Positions 1-13,138 of a DNA stretch of 64,000 bases are shown piece after piece (the stretch's first letter is position 1; every line of letters begins with the position of its first letter). Both the position numbers and the translations under genes were made by a program. The notes beneath the pieces are model-generated. The model searched no databases and was not told the origin of the DNA. It saw only the letters and a list, made by a program, of their open reading frames with translations. This stretch comes from Callorhinchus milii. Its lineage: Eukaryota. Location of the stretch: positions 82,400,001 to 82,464,000 of the forward strand of contig NW_024704742.1 of assembly GCF_018977255.1 (NCBI RefSeq). The letters are read 5' to 3'.

Positions 1-712
1 TTTCCAGCTCTCAGTCTTCCATCTCCGTATCCTTGTCTCCGCAGCCCGGGATGGCCCCATCTCCCGTATCCTTGTCTCCGCAGCCCGGGACGGCCACATC
101 TCCCATATCCTTGTCTCCACGACCCGAGACGGCCCCGTACACAAAGTTAACGGAACTCTTATACCAATGTTCGTCCAATCATGGTGCGGACATTAGATCA
201 CCTGTCGAAATCATGCCGGGTTCACGTGAACACCTCATGGGGTGTATGTGCCTCACACACATACACATTGTCCTTAAGACCCCTGTTATCTGATCTAATT
301 GTCTAAGATAGAGGATTGATCAGTTTAGGCTGTATCTGGTGCTCATTATTTTGTGGTGTGGGATCATAAGTACATTCCTTTTAAGTGACTGGTTATTCCT
401 TATCAGTATCCCGGGATGGTACCAAGGTCTTCTAGTTTAAGCAACTTTCTCATTAATTGCTATTCTTGAGGGTTGCCTTCTGTCGGTTGGCCCTGTCAGA
501 ATCTAGCGACTTATTGCTCAGTCGAGATCCTGTGTCGACCGATATCTTGGACCGTTACCTCTGTGGGCGTGTGGTCATTTACTGATAAGAGGTGACCCCC
601 TGCCCCTGTCCGTTATTCTTTCAAAAACAGAGAAAACCAGATGTGTCCTATCCCATGACTGTCAGTCCAGTTGTCCCCCACACTTAACTTAAAAGTTAAT
701 CCATTCACAACA
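1..712 (-). mobile_element. Probable LTR (solo or end of an LTR retroelement), truncated by the window edge
   Basis: Minus strand starts TG (TGTTGTGAATGG at ~712). It is more CpG-rich than the flank and has two ATTGG boxes (175-179, 164-168) followed by TATAAGA (163-157), then a tandem repeat. No second LTR or internal genes are seen. Confidence 0.45.
19..137. repeat. ~39-bp tandem repeat, 3 copies
   Basis: Unit ~CCATCTCCCGTATCCTTGTCTCCGCAGCCCGGGAYGGCC; this explains the repetitive ORF 33..293. Confidence 0.9.
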
Positions 713-1455
713 TCTATTATGATTCTAGCAGTATACAAAAAGTGTATATTCTAACATTAGTTCAGGAGAGGTTAAGTACGACTGTCATGCTTTCAGACAT
801 ACAGGTTTTACTGATCAGGAAGTAATTATCTCAGGGTAAACTTTAACCAAAGCATTAAACTGAAGCAGATTCAGCAGTCCATTAGCCAAACCTATTTCAA
901 AGATCCCCTTGAGGTGGGTGACTGACATCAGGAGTTCTGCAACCACACACTGTCCAATTAACCCATTGCTCCTGGAGGCATGTCAGGAGATGTATCAGAG
1001 CCAAGTTGGATATGGGTTCTACAGTAACCTCTACCCTCATGACTCTTGTGCATGACGGAGGCCATGATCCACTGCAATGTGATGACAAGTGTACCTACAT
1101 TAATCTTTCTTCTCAAAGTTATTGTGAAAGCAATGGCCAATATAATCGACAACTGATCAGAAAAAGAAAACCTCAAAATCAGTTCACACAGACTGTGTGA
1201 ATTTTGGCTGGGTATTATGCAGTCTTTTGAAACCTATAAATTTAATATGGAAATGGTGGTTCCTCAGTGGCAATTGTCTCACTTGAGACATAGAGTGAGA
1301 GACACAAAGAGAGAAAGATGGCTTTCTATAGCGTATAGGAACAGTATCTTTTTTTAAACACTTAAACACTTAGTTTGTTCCTTGTAGGACAAATCTCTAT
1401 CTTCATTTGTGAGTATTTGATACTTTTTTCTGCAAATGGACATCCATCATCTTAA

Positions 1456-1769
1456 TGGAATTCTGCAGCTCAGTGATTAAACCACTCGCCTCGCAAATGA
1501 GAGACCTGGGTTTGATTCCCGGCAGGCCAAAACCTTGAGCAGATTTCCCTACTCCACACGCCTGGTAATAATCCCTCAAGAAAGAAAAACAATAAGAAAA
1601 AATTGGTCACGTCAATCCACGACTGTTTGTGGGATACTTCCGTGCGCAATTGGCTGCCGTGTTTCGCCCACAAATATACAGTCAATTCACTTTATAGTAT
1701 ATTCTGTGAAGCGCTTTGAGATATCTAGAAGACGTGAAAAAGCGTTATATTAAGTGCAAGGATTATTAT
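1456..1769 (+). mobile_element. tRNA-derived SINE, short form, diverged
   Basis: A/B-box head, CCTTGAGCAGATTTCC body, L2-like tail ending GGATTATTA. Confidence 0.9.
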
Positions 1770-2009
1770 AAAGCGGTTTGTATTGATAGCAGCCCATTAG
1801 CCAATCCTATTCACCTTAGTTGTTCATACTCACTCTGGAATGCTAGAAATGGATTATATTCACCAAATCATTGAGTGTTCTGCAGCTGGACACCACAAGC
1901 ACAGGATAATTTCGTACATGATGTGTCAGCCTTCAACTGATTGGATCCCAGCAGATTTAATCATGACCATACTAGATCATACTCTTTTCACAAGATCGGT
2001 TTAGATGAA

Positions 2010-2230
2010 GAAGGTCCTTCAGCCATTTGATCTCATCCTTTCAGAACACCTACCCTACTGTTCCCCAAGCTTTTTAAAAAAATGAGTCCAGCATCCTAGC
2101 CTCAACTGTCCTTCCTGATAAGGTGTTTTAGTTGTTAAATACCCTATAGGTAAAGAAAAACTTGCTGCTGTCTGTTCTTAAATAACTGTTTGCAACTCTA
2201 AACATTGTCCTCATGTTCTGCTGTATTCAG
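2010..2230 (-). mobile_element. Degenerate CR1-type LINE 3' fragment
   Basis: GAAGGTCCTTCAGCCATT start and following sequence resemble the other minus-strand CR1 ends in the window. Confidence 0.45.
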
Positions 2231-3633
2231 GGTATAAAATGATCTTGGAGCTGGTGTCCCTCAGTTCTCTAATATGTTGTCTGCCCTTTTGATGAGTGGG
2301 TCAGGTTTTAATTGTGTGTAAGTTGCCTTACACACACTGCTGATTCTCTGTAACTAAAATATTGAAATAAACAGAGGCTTCCACAGTTAACATTTTAAAT
2401 TAAGTACTATAATTGAATCTAATCTGTGGTGTTTCTTAATAGGAATTCTTTAATGAAGCACCTGGCACATCAACATTTCTTTCTCATAAGTAGATGCAGG
2501 TCAGGTCATATTGACCTGCAGGATTCTGCTCCAATGCAGTTGACTTCTGGAGCGGTGCACTTGAGGGTGTCAGTGGGAATTCTAAATCCCTTTCAGCCTC
2601 CGCCGTCCCAGCAAATTGGGATCCTGAAGTAATTGAAAATGAATTTGAAGAGAAGCAATCTGCTGTAAGGATGATACATGGTTAGCGATCTGCTCCTGTC
2701 TTATGTTTCCTCAAACCTACACTGAAAGGAGTTCTGGCAAACAGTATACCTTTAGGGAAGCAAGATTTGTCAGCCAAAACACTCCTTCCTGGTATGATTT
2801 AAGTGCAAGTTAGAAGCTGGCTTAGTCAATAAATTGAGTTAGATCAATAACCTCAAGCTTTTTGATAATAAAGGCAAGGCATTCGATAAAGACAGCTCTT
2901 CCAAATGTGAATGATTCACTCGGCCAATCTTGAAGCTTATGTTGTGTCCGAGATTCATAAAATGAATACAAACTTTTTATTTCCGCTCTCTGAATTTTGT
3001 TATAAGCTACAACAACAACTTGCATTTATATAGCAGCCCTCACGTAGGGTAGAGTCCCACAGCGCTTGTGATGTGATAAAGCTGATGTGATAAAGCGATA
3101 TTTTTTAACCGCAAGCTGGTATGTGGACAGTTACTAAATCATTTATAATCTAATGCTTCACTAAGTGTGCTCGGCAATTATATATTAGGAGTTACAATAT
3201 TAGGGATGCAGCTCATACCCCTCAATGAATAACATTCAGCCTATGCTGTTTCTCAATGCCCTCAGCAGGAAGCTCACGGATGTAGGTATGATACAATCAG
3301 TATACAATCATGCTCCAAACCAAAGACTTTGAAGATCAGAAACCTCTCATACATCACCCTTGACTCAGGAATGTGAAAATATTTTAACCTGCGGCTACCA
3401 GACCTTCACAACCCACCAGTGGCTTCAGCGGGTTCAGGTTAAGAGGTCAGGCCACACACTCAATAACTTATAGTGCTCAACTGGCCTACAGAGGTTATGC
3501 ATGTTTATCACTGGAGCTGGCTAAAGTCCTTCTGCAGTGCAAAAAGGTGTGGAATCAGAGCAGAGAAATGTTCCCTGTACTTAGCACTTTCCTGATCCCC
3601 TCACAAAAAGGACCTTTTAAACAAAGTGAGCAG

Positions 3634-4282
3634 TAATAATAATAATCCTTGCTTTTGATATAGTGCCTTATTGTGTCATTGAGATGTCTCAAAGCATTTC
3701 TGCAGAGTCCTGTAGCTCAGTGGTTAGAGCACTCGCTTTGCAAGTGAGAGACCTGAGTTCAATTCCAGACAGGGCGAAACCTTGGGCAAGTTTCCTTACT
3801 CCACACGCCTAATAATAATCCCTCCAAAACCAAAAACAATAATAAATTGGTCATTTTCAATCTACGACTGTTTGTGGGACATTGCTGTGCGCAATTGGCT
3901 GCCGCGTTCGCCCACAAATATGCAGTCAATTCACTTTACAGTGTCTTCTGTGAAGCGCTTTGGGACGTCCTCCCGACGTGAAAAGCGCTATATCAAAAAA
4001 AAATGCAAGGATTTCACAGAATATTCTGTAACTTTAATTAACTATATTTTGTGGGCAAAACACAACCAATTGCGCACAGCAATGTCCCACAATAGTCATA
4101 GATTGAGTGACCAAATATATATTTTTTTGGAGAGGAAAGCGATCCGCCAATCCACGATCAACTGGGTTCCTACTTACTGCTAGGTAAACAGAGGTCTGCG
4201 GAGTAAGGAAACTTGCCTAAGGATTTGCCCCACCCAGGAACCAAACCTGGGCCCTCTTGCTTGCGAGGCGAGTGCTCTAACT
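3634..4282 (-). mobile_element. tRNA SINE, long form, split by a younger antisense SINE
   Basis: Tail at 3634-3700; body and head resume at ~4013 and run to ...GAGTGCTCTAAC. Confidence 0.88.
3705..4012 (+). mobile_element. tRNA SINE, young short form (nested)
   Basis: GAGTCCTGTAGCTCAGTGGTTAGAGC head; tail GGGACGTCCTCCCGACGTGAAAAGCGC. Confidence 0.95.
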
Positions 4283-4448
4283 CCTCAAGATATTTTCAAT
4301 TATTATTTTATCTGGCAAATATTCTGTTTGTAAATTACTGTTTGAGCTGCGATATGGTGATATATTTGTAAAGTTCTCCTATTTAATTATTCCCACTTGC
4401 TCATCCCTTACAGTGTTTGTGTTGTTGCCAGTGTGGACCCTAAGGATC

Positions 4449-4710
4449 TGCTTCACAGAATATATTGTAAAGTGAATTGACTGTATGTTTTGTATGAGAA
4501 ATGCAGCAGCCAATTTTGTACAGCTGTGTCCCATAAATGGTTGTGGGTTGAGTGACCAATTTTTTTTCAGAGGGATTATTACAAGTGATCCGCCAATCAA
4601 CAGCAAACGGCTTCCTACTTACTGCTAGGTAAACAGAGGCATGTGGAGTAAGGAAACTTGCATAAAGTTTCGCTCTGGCCAGGAATCGAATCCAGGTCCT
4701 CTCACTTGGA
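4449..4710 (-). mobile_element. tRNA SINE, long form, partial
   Basis: Contains the long-form segment CCTACTTACTGCTAGGTAAACAGAGGC. Confidence 0.85.
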
Positions 4711-4777
4711 AAGATCTACATTGCAGTTCGTAAAACTGGAATTATCTGCTCAAGAGATTTTGAAAGGGTTGTAACTC

Positions 4778-5080
4778 GTGGAGTCCTGTAGCTCAGTGGT
4801 TAGAGCACTCACTTTGGAAGCGAGAGACCTGGGTTCAATTACAGACAGGGCAAAACCTTGGGCAAATTTCCTTACTCCAAATGCCTAATAATAATCCCTC
4901 CAAATCCAAAAACAATAATAAATTGGTCATTTTCAATCTACGACTGTTTGTGGGACACTGCTGTGCGCAATTGGCTGCCGCGTTCGCCCACAAATATACA
5001 GTCAATTCACTTTACAGTGTGTTCTGTGAAGCGCTTTGGGACGTCCTCCTGACGTGAAAAGCGCTATATCAAATGCAAGG

Positions 5081-5111
<31 letters not shown>
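4778..5111 (+). mobile_element. tRNA SINE, young short form, full length
   Basis: Complete head, (ATT)n tail, TSD TAACTC at 4772-4777 and 5112-5117. Confidence 0.95.
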
Positions 5112-5113
<2 letters not shown>

Positions 5114-6346
5114 ACTCTCTGTCAAGCTTTACGTTCTTTTGATCCTTTTTCTTTAAAACAAGTTATTTTCTCCCTTTCATTTCATTTGCTCTCCTCCATA
5201 TCATCCCCAAAGCCATAGAGCAGACAAGTTTGCCACCTGTTTGCTTGCCTGCGGCCACTTTATTTATCAACTGGTCACGAGCAAGCAGGAGTGCAATAGT
5301 GACGAGGTGAAAGCTGATTTCCATATTGACGTCTCTCACTATTGTTCAGCAGTCCACACAAAGTATACCTTTCCAATTCTGTTAATATTCAGGGTGAGAG
5401 CAGCCTGATGTTGCCAGGGATAACTGTAAGTGGGATATTTTGATTTAAAATGCGGCTTGATGGGGTGGTGGGGTGGGGAGACAGTAGGTGGGTGTTCTTG
5501 GAGGATGAAATTGGATGAGCTGAAGGGCCTCTATCATACAAATTGATCCTGTGTTTGCTTCCGATGGATGTTTGGAGCAAGTCTGGGAGATATTGTGCTC
5601 AGACACCACAACTCTTTGGGATAAATGGGAAGCTATGCAATTTTAGCTCCAGCTAACACACAGTATGAGATGCCCAAGACTTAGCTTTTGCCAATCTGCA
5701 CCCAATACTCTCCTCTCCAGGATTAGGTAAGCAGGATGAGTCCCTCCAGGGAGAGATTGTGCATTCCATATGAGAATTTCTGTCTGTGGGTGGGATGCAT
5801 GGAACTCAGTTTGGTTTAGATACTCTTAAGCATGATGATGGTTTTCCTCATGTGTCAGACACCCAGCTGACTAAATCAAATTTTGGAAGGGTGAGATGAA
5901 ATGGCCTGAAGGGCTGTCCTCATCCAAACTGATCTTGTGATCTGAAATTTATTAAACTTTGTACATCAGTATGAGAGTAGCAATGGTGATGTTTACAGGC
6001 AGCGACTAAAGTTTTCCAACAGCCGTTCCATCTTTATCCTTTCTCCAGTGATGTAACAGCAAATCACTGCCTAATGGTATTGTTTTCATAGCTGATATCA
6101 GTATAATTCCCATCTTTCTGGCTGCTTTGCACCAAACAACATTTCAGAAGATCAATGCACCGTAACATTGTGAGGATTGCATTGTTTCGGGACTCATTAT
6201 TCTCTCCTTCATTTTCCTTAAAATATAAAAACGATGCAGAAGCAAATAGATCTATAAGACTGACATTAGAATATTTCCAGATTCTTTCAATACATTTATC
6301 ATAGGCCATGAATCATTTGGACATCAACATTTTATTTAAAACACAT

Positions 6347-7095
6347 TACAATTAGCATTTAGATGGTGTCTTTCATGTACCTAGCATCTCAGATCTCTTT
6401 ACAAAGACAGAATCATGCACCCAGCTGGTGAGTCAAAGAGGTGTGCTCAAAGAGGTAGGTTTTTAGGCAGGAATTAAACACAGGTAGAGGGGAGGAGGGG
6501 TGAAATGGAGGGAGGTCCAGAGGTCATGGATGTAGCTGCTAAAGGCTTGCCACCATAATGACTTGGAGCAGCAGTGGTGCACAGCAAGTTAGCCAACCAA
6601 AGGGAGGGAGGAGAAGAGTGGTTTAAGAGAAGATCAGAGAAGTAGGGAGCTGCCAAAGCATGGAAAGATTCATAGATGAGGATGAAGACCTTAAAGTTGA
6701 TCTGTTGGGATCCAATGGAGCCTGGAAGTGATTGCGATGATGGGAATGCAGAGAACAGAATAGGAGAGGATACATTGTGTTTATGGGGGGGGGGGGAGGG
6801 AGGTGGGATATCATCTGAACCTTATGGATGGTGGAACTAGGGAAACTGGCAAGGATTGTGTTTGAGATGTTAAGAAGGAAGGTACAAAAAGGTGCAAATG
6901 AGGGATTCATGGTGGTATTTTGTGTGCGATAAGGGTGGGGTCACTTAGATCTAAGTGTCACGTAGGATTGGAACCAGGAGAGAGTGGTGCAATGTATGTG
7001 GATGAGAGAGGAAAGTGATGGAGGAGAATGAAGGGGTCACCAGTGTCAAAAGTAGCAGAGAGGTCTAGGAGGATTAGAAGAGATCCCCAATGGCA
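6347..7095 (-). mobile_element. Old L2 LINE fragment
   Basis: Purine-rich plus strand. The minus strand shows remnants of LILLDLSA-F-T (7040-7080) and F-V-IL...HAL-APY, with a decayed tail near 6350-6400. Confidence 0.7.
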
Positions 7096-10000
7096 GAAAG
7101 ATAAAGAGATTCAGTTCATCACTACGAATTAGTAACTTTAATTATGAATTGAAAAAATTTCTCAGTTTACCCCACTACTTAATCGAAAGCCAATGATTAT
7201 CAACATTACCTATCAGTTTTCCCAATAGTATTTCAATTAATTTTAAAAACTCAGTTGGCAGCATCAAAATGTCTCAAAGTGATTCAAAAAATGACTTACC
7301 TTTTGAAGTACAGTGAGTCTGACACAAGTAATCACAGCACCTAATCCACCTCTGGATCACTCCACTAATATGAATTTCAAAGAGGGAGGAAGATGAGTTC
7401 TTCGGAATAGTAATTCTTCACTAATTCTTCAAAACACTGCCATTCTGGAATATCCTCTTAGGGATTTCTTTTGCCAATGAAAGCAGACTTACTCACTCAT
7501 TTCATATCATGGAGTGGATTATTCTAAGGAAATCTATAAGTAGGTTAAAAGTACACAACTTGATCATTCAAGCTTAGCCTTGACTAAACAGAACTCGATA
7601 AGGAGGCAGGGTTGCACTGCATATTTTGTACGGCTTGGTGCTCACAGATACTCAATGCACAGATGACCAGTCTTTTCGGGGATTAATTCATCAATATATC
7701 CAACTCACCTTGTAAGTAAACAGATAAAGTCAACTGAGTTGCACACCAAACTTTTGCCATAGGAAGTATAACAGTCTTGCTAATTTTTCCACATTTCCTC
7801 AGCAATATCCCTGATTGTCTGAAGCCTACCTTTCTGTGAATGTTTTGTTACAGTGAAATTGAAGATTTCTGTTTACTTAAACGTTTAAATTATCAAATAT
7901 TGAAATGACAGTTCAGGTCATTTTACACCCTCAAACAGCTAAATAAACTCACTCGCTTTAGATTCTTATAATCATTGTATTTCTGTCCACCTTGGCATTT
8001 AGATATTTGTCAGTATATGAACCTGTCATTTGAATATAATGTGCTCTGTTTGCATTATCTTATTCAGGCTTTATGAAATAATTATAATGCAACTGCAGAT
8101 TTTGATGTACAAATCTGGATTAATTTCTCTATTTAAGAAAAGTTTCTACCTCGTGCTTAAATAAGATATTTCACTGTTACCTTTATGTAGATATTTTCTG
8201 CATGAGCCCACCACCTATTTTGAGTTTAATGATGCAAGAAAATACTGCTCTGTAACAGTGCATGTCTCTTCTAAACAGACATTGTCTCCTTTTGTTTTAC
8301 ATCCAAAAAAGATCCAGGGAGGCAGAGAGTGAAGGCTTGACACAATGTGATACAATTGTGAGAGAATAACTCCCAAATTTATGTACAATTTATTTAGTTA
8401 GCATTACAGCCTATTTGTATTACTGCAATCCCTCTCAGATAAAATAATTAGTCATTCATTTCATGCCTATTTGTGGGACATCATTGTGCACAAATTGGTT
8501 GTTACATTTGCCTACAAATACATTCAGTGCACTTCACAATGAAATCTTGTGAAGCACTTTGAGAAATCTTATTGATGCGATAAAGCACTATACCGAATAT
8601 ATGGATGACTATTATTGATAAATATGCAGAAAAACATCTGGCTAGTGGTGGTCCCTCTCTCATGTTTCCAGTGAAAGAAACATGGATGAGAGCAGTCTTG
8701 GCTGAGTAGCCATGGGAAAACTATCCCATTTCTGGTAACCTTAGTTCCAACAAGTGACCTTGTGTGCCAATGAGGCATGTTATAACAGAGTTGTTTCGCA
8801 CTGTGCTCTCAAACCGCATCCTCATTGTGGATCCAGCAGCTGCACTCCAGCATAAGTTACCTTTGCATCACATTGCTCAATCCCAATTGATGTGACTCTA
8901 CTTTGAGGAGAATCACTGCTGCATGAACACAATAATATCAGAGCAAAGTAATTGGAATGTTTTTATTTTTGTTTTCTGCCTCCAGCTTTCTTGTAAACGG
9001 TTGTAACATCAGAGTTAACATTGCGGGTTGCCAGCCTTGCTGGAAATACTTTGTAGTCGCCAGCTGCTTGGCAATTTGTCTTACACATGCACACACTCTG
9101 TTTTTCATTCACCTGAGACCATACTATGAACAGTAACAAGAGTGGTGATCAGTCACCTCCCCCATCACAAAAAGGAATAAAACACATCCTTTGGGACAGG
9201 CTATACGATTTGGTGGAGTAGTGAAAAACTGTGAACCATCACAAGATAATGGAAAGCAGAGAGAAATAGTGAAAGGATGGAGATGAAGGGATAAGCTCAG
9301 TCCTGTCACGTTAAGCTGCAGAGTTCACTTTGATACTTATCTCTCCAAACCTGGAAAGGGACTATCTGAGAGTACGTTGTGAAGGGACGAGCCCTAGCCA
9401 TAAGATGTATCATACGGATTCATTCATAGTGCACAATCACTTTGAAAAATAGTACTGTGTTCTTGAACAAAAGAAATTAAATTGTGTTCTCAAATCCTGG
9501 AAACAAAAATGGAAAAGGCTGGAACTGCAGATTGGGTATAATCAGCTTCCACAAAGAGATCGGTAAACATCCAAATCTATGACCCTTCATCAGAACTCGT
9601 TCAGGGTTTCAGTGCCTTAGAAACACTTCTATTGTCAGATACCAGAACAATCAGTGAATGAATGCATAAGCTTGAAAGGTTTCCCCAGTATATGTCTGGC
9701 TCTATTAACAATCCCTGTTGTCAGGGGAAGGTGCTTATCTCTTCAGATGGTTCAGCAGGCCTAGATATTGAAATATATTGCACATTATGGCATTGTTACA
9801 GTGTATGTGCATACAGAAAAATCTAACTGGATTCACTGCCAGTGTTAGGGGTATTTTCTGTTTGAGAGACTGTCACTGCCTCTGTAAACTCCTGCATACA
9901 CCTCTAGTAGTGCTGAGTGAGATACCCATTGAATCACCATACTGTGGGCTTGGAAACCTTAAATTCTAAAGTATTCACTCACACCTCTATGTTAAATTGC

Positions 10001-10132
10001 CAGACTCTTGACTGACTTGTTAGATACCACAAAGAGAAAAGTCTAATCACTGGCCAAAAGGGAGGGCAGTCCGGAAAGAAAATGAAGGGGAAGTGTATTT
10101 GTCACATGACAACCACAACTTTTATTAATAAA

Positions 10133-10500
10133 AATAATCCTTAAACAATTGATATAGTGCCTTTAATGTCAGGAAGCCTTATACTTTACAATCCACTGTA
10201 AAGTGAATTGGCTGTACTTTATTGGAGAACGCAGCAGCCATTTGCTCACAGTAATGTCCTGCAAACAGCCACGAGGGAGTAACCAATTTTATCTGAGGGA
10301 CTGTTGGTCAGGACACCCAGATACTTTGTTCCCTTTATCAAATAGTGCAATGGGATCTTTAGCATCCATCTGAACAGGCAGACAGACCCCGGATGCAAAT
10401 CTCATCTGAAGGAAGTCACTTGCGACGAAGCAGCTCTGCTCACAGCACTGTTTTGGTGTGTCAGCCTCATCTGTAAGCTCAAAATCCCATGGTGGGAGCT
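10133..10500 (-). mobile_element. Deu-domain SINE (SacSINE1/AmnSINE1-like)
   Basis: Minus strand reads CAGATGAGATTTGCATCCGGGGTCTGTCTGCCTGTTCAGATGGATGCTAAAGATCCCATTGCACTATTTG, resembling the Deu domain; L2-like tail. Confidence 0.75.
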
Positions 10501-12729
10501 GACATTCGCTCATTTTAACATTTGTTCGAGATTTAAAGGAGAACGAGCATTGAATATTTTATTCATGAAAATAAAATGTGATTACAAACAATTATAGAAA
10601 ATAACAGTCCATGAATAATTGAAATAGGTTTGTTTCTCATCTGTGTGCTAATGAATTGTTGGTAATGGTTACTGCAACAAATGAGCTCATATAAAATTTA
10701 TATTGCTCTCCGAAACAAACAGAAAACTGTACAAACAGAGATGTAGTAATTAAAAATGTATGTCCTTTAAGCCTCGGGCACACTAATTCCACCTCACACC
10801 CTCTCCCAGTAGAAGTAGTTTAAAACTGACTGTAAAATCTGTCGCTGCAATTTTATTAAAATTAGAATGTATTGAAGTCAGTGTTGTCTTTACAGATCCA
10901 AATGATGAGTTTTAAAGCTTGAGCAAACCGAGTGGGAAATCCTGGTTTATGTCAGAAATTTCCTTTTTAATGGGATTATGGACTTAATTCTGCCGAGAAT
11001 AAATTGTGTATTAACATTTCTATTTCAGTTTCTAGGAACAAGGGGGAATCCAATTATATGCTTTTAATTTTGTAGGATTTCATTTGTGTTTTGCAAATTA
11101 TATTTATGCCATATTTTTAACATTAAACACATAAGGTTACTTGAGTGCATGATGACAATTTTAATGCAACATACTTTTTTATTGCTTAGATTGCGAGGTC
11201 AGTAGATACTCCTCTTTCTGGGCTGACCGGTTAAATTCATGTAATAGCTTGTTAATGAGACTGTAATTAAGATTTGAGGTGGGGGTGGGCTATCCGTTAA
11301 CTGGCAAGATTTATATTAGGAGAAATCTTGCAAGATTGCTGAGTAGCTTTGCTTATTGCTTTGCACTCATATGGGGTGGCTTTTTGTACATAGGAAAAAC
11401 AAAAAGATAAAGTTTCCTTCAAAGTATTCAAGTCCCACAGCTATCTCAAGTAGCAGCTGTTCTCCTGTCCCAAGTTCCATGGCTGTGTCCTGGCTCTTAT
11501 AATCACTAGAGATTACAAATTCCCATGGTGCAGAACAGCACCCAAAGCATCATAGGTCCAGAAATTCCACCCAGTTTTAGCCTGTAACTGCAACAATCTT
11601 GTGTCTTACATTCGAAGACAACCTGGAATTGTGGAAATTTCTTAAATTCAATCTTAATTCAGGCGGATGTGAAAAATCCCGTGGTACTATTCAAAAAGAA
11701 AATTGAGTTTCTCCCGGTCAACAATCTCCCAAATAAAATAAAATTGGTCATCGTTTCATGGATTTTGGAGGAACGCTGCTGTGTTCATCTACAAAATACA
11801 TGATCAATACATTTAACAGTATATCCTGTGAAGTGCTTTGAGATGTCCTCTGACGTGATTGGAAAATAGAGGGATTGTCATCATTATAACTCAATTTGTT
11901 GAATGTCCTCTTCCTGAACTTATATTACATGAGCTAACAGTTAAGAACAAACAACAAAACTATAGCTATCCAAGTTAACCTGTTGAAGTGCATCTGTATG
12001 TATATATTGGCTACCGCCACCTCACATCTCAGCTATGATACCACCCTCTCCTTGATTGCTGTGTATCCTGAAGACATTCACTTTTTAGGCCCACAAATGA
12101 GGGTTGATCACTTGGGTACACACAGAATGATACTCAGCATGTACAGTAGAGCGAGAGATCGACAGAGATATGGGTGGTGGAGAGGTGAATGAATCGGGGA
12201 TTAATTCACTTTTGTACCAATGATAAATTAATGAGGGATTCATTTGCTATTATAATGTTTTTCCTTTTTTAGAGAAGGGCAATGTCTTGGTTTAGCTGTC
12301 ATGCATCACGTGGGAGAGCCCAATACTCACTTTTCACAGCTCAGTAACTCACCTCAAGCCAGTTAGCCTGATAAGCTCATTCTCTTTCAAGAAAAGAATG
12401 GGGAAGCTCCGGTGAATCTTTAACTTTTACTGATGGTGACTCTTTAGTAATTACATGCATGGTGGCAAGCTTTGAAGGTCGCAACTCACTGCAGCGGGAA
12501 ACGATCTACTGCAAAAATTAACCACATATTAAGCCAGAACTGTGAAGGGCAGAAAGTGCTGATTCTTTCAAGAACAAATTAGAAAGATTTCTGTTAGGAT
12601 ATAATATCTCGGAAGATAATATATAGTTTGTGAAACAACGTGTCATGTGATTGCCAGGATGGTGGAAGGCGAACTGGATGGGTCTTGGCCTTTTTTCGCA
12701 TGGCAAATTCTTATGTTCTTACGTTCCTT

Positions 12730-13138
12730 CAGTTCAAGATCCTGATCCTCACTTTCAAAGCCCTCCATGGCCTTGCTCCCGCCTACCTCTGCAACCTCCT
12801 AACCCCCTACCAACCTGCCTGATCCCTCCGCTCAGCAGGCTCTGGCCTGCTTTACGTCCCCTATCTCGCCCGCCCCACCCTTGGCGAGTGAGCCTTCAGC
12901 CACTCTGCCCGACCTGTTGGAATTCCATCCCACAGTCCCTCTGACTCACCCTGTCCCTTGTCTCCTTCAAGACCCGTCTCGACCCTCCTCTTTGACTGTG
13001 CCTTCGGTCACCCTCCTTCACTGGCTGCTCTCCACCCTCCCTGTCCTGCCCCCCAGCTCGGGTCTGAAACACTGATTGCCTTTGGATGTCCTCCCAACAT
13101 GAAAGGTGCTATACAAATGTAATGTTGTGTTTGTTGTT
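12730..13138 (+). mobile_element. L2 LINE 3' fragment
   Basis: FKILILTFKALHGLAPAYL; stem-loop tail and GTT repeats. Confidence 0.92.

Noticed and set aside
19..137. CRISPR-like array
   Set aside because: The units are contiguous with no unique spacers, and the context is eukaryotic.
1100..1152. Minus-strand exon after the acceptor TTTTCTTTTTCTGATCAG (VDYIGHCFHNNFEKKD*)
   Set aside because: It is short, unrecognised and has no supporting exons.
9500..9600. Possible Penelope-like terminal fragment (GACCCTTCATCAGAACT)
   Set aside because: It is too short and decayed to support from memory alone.
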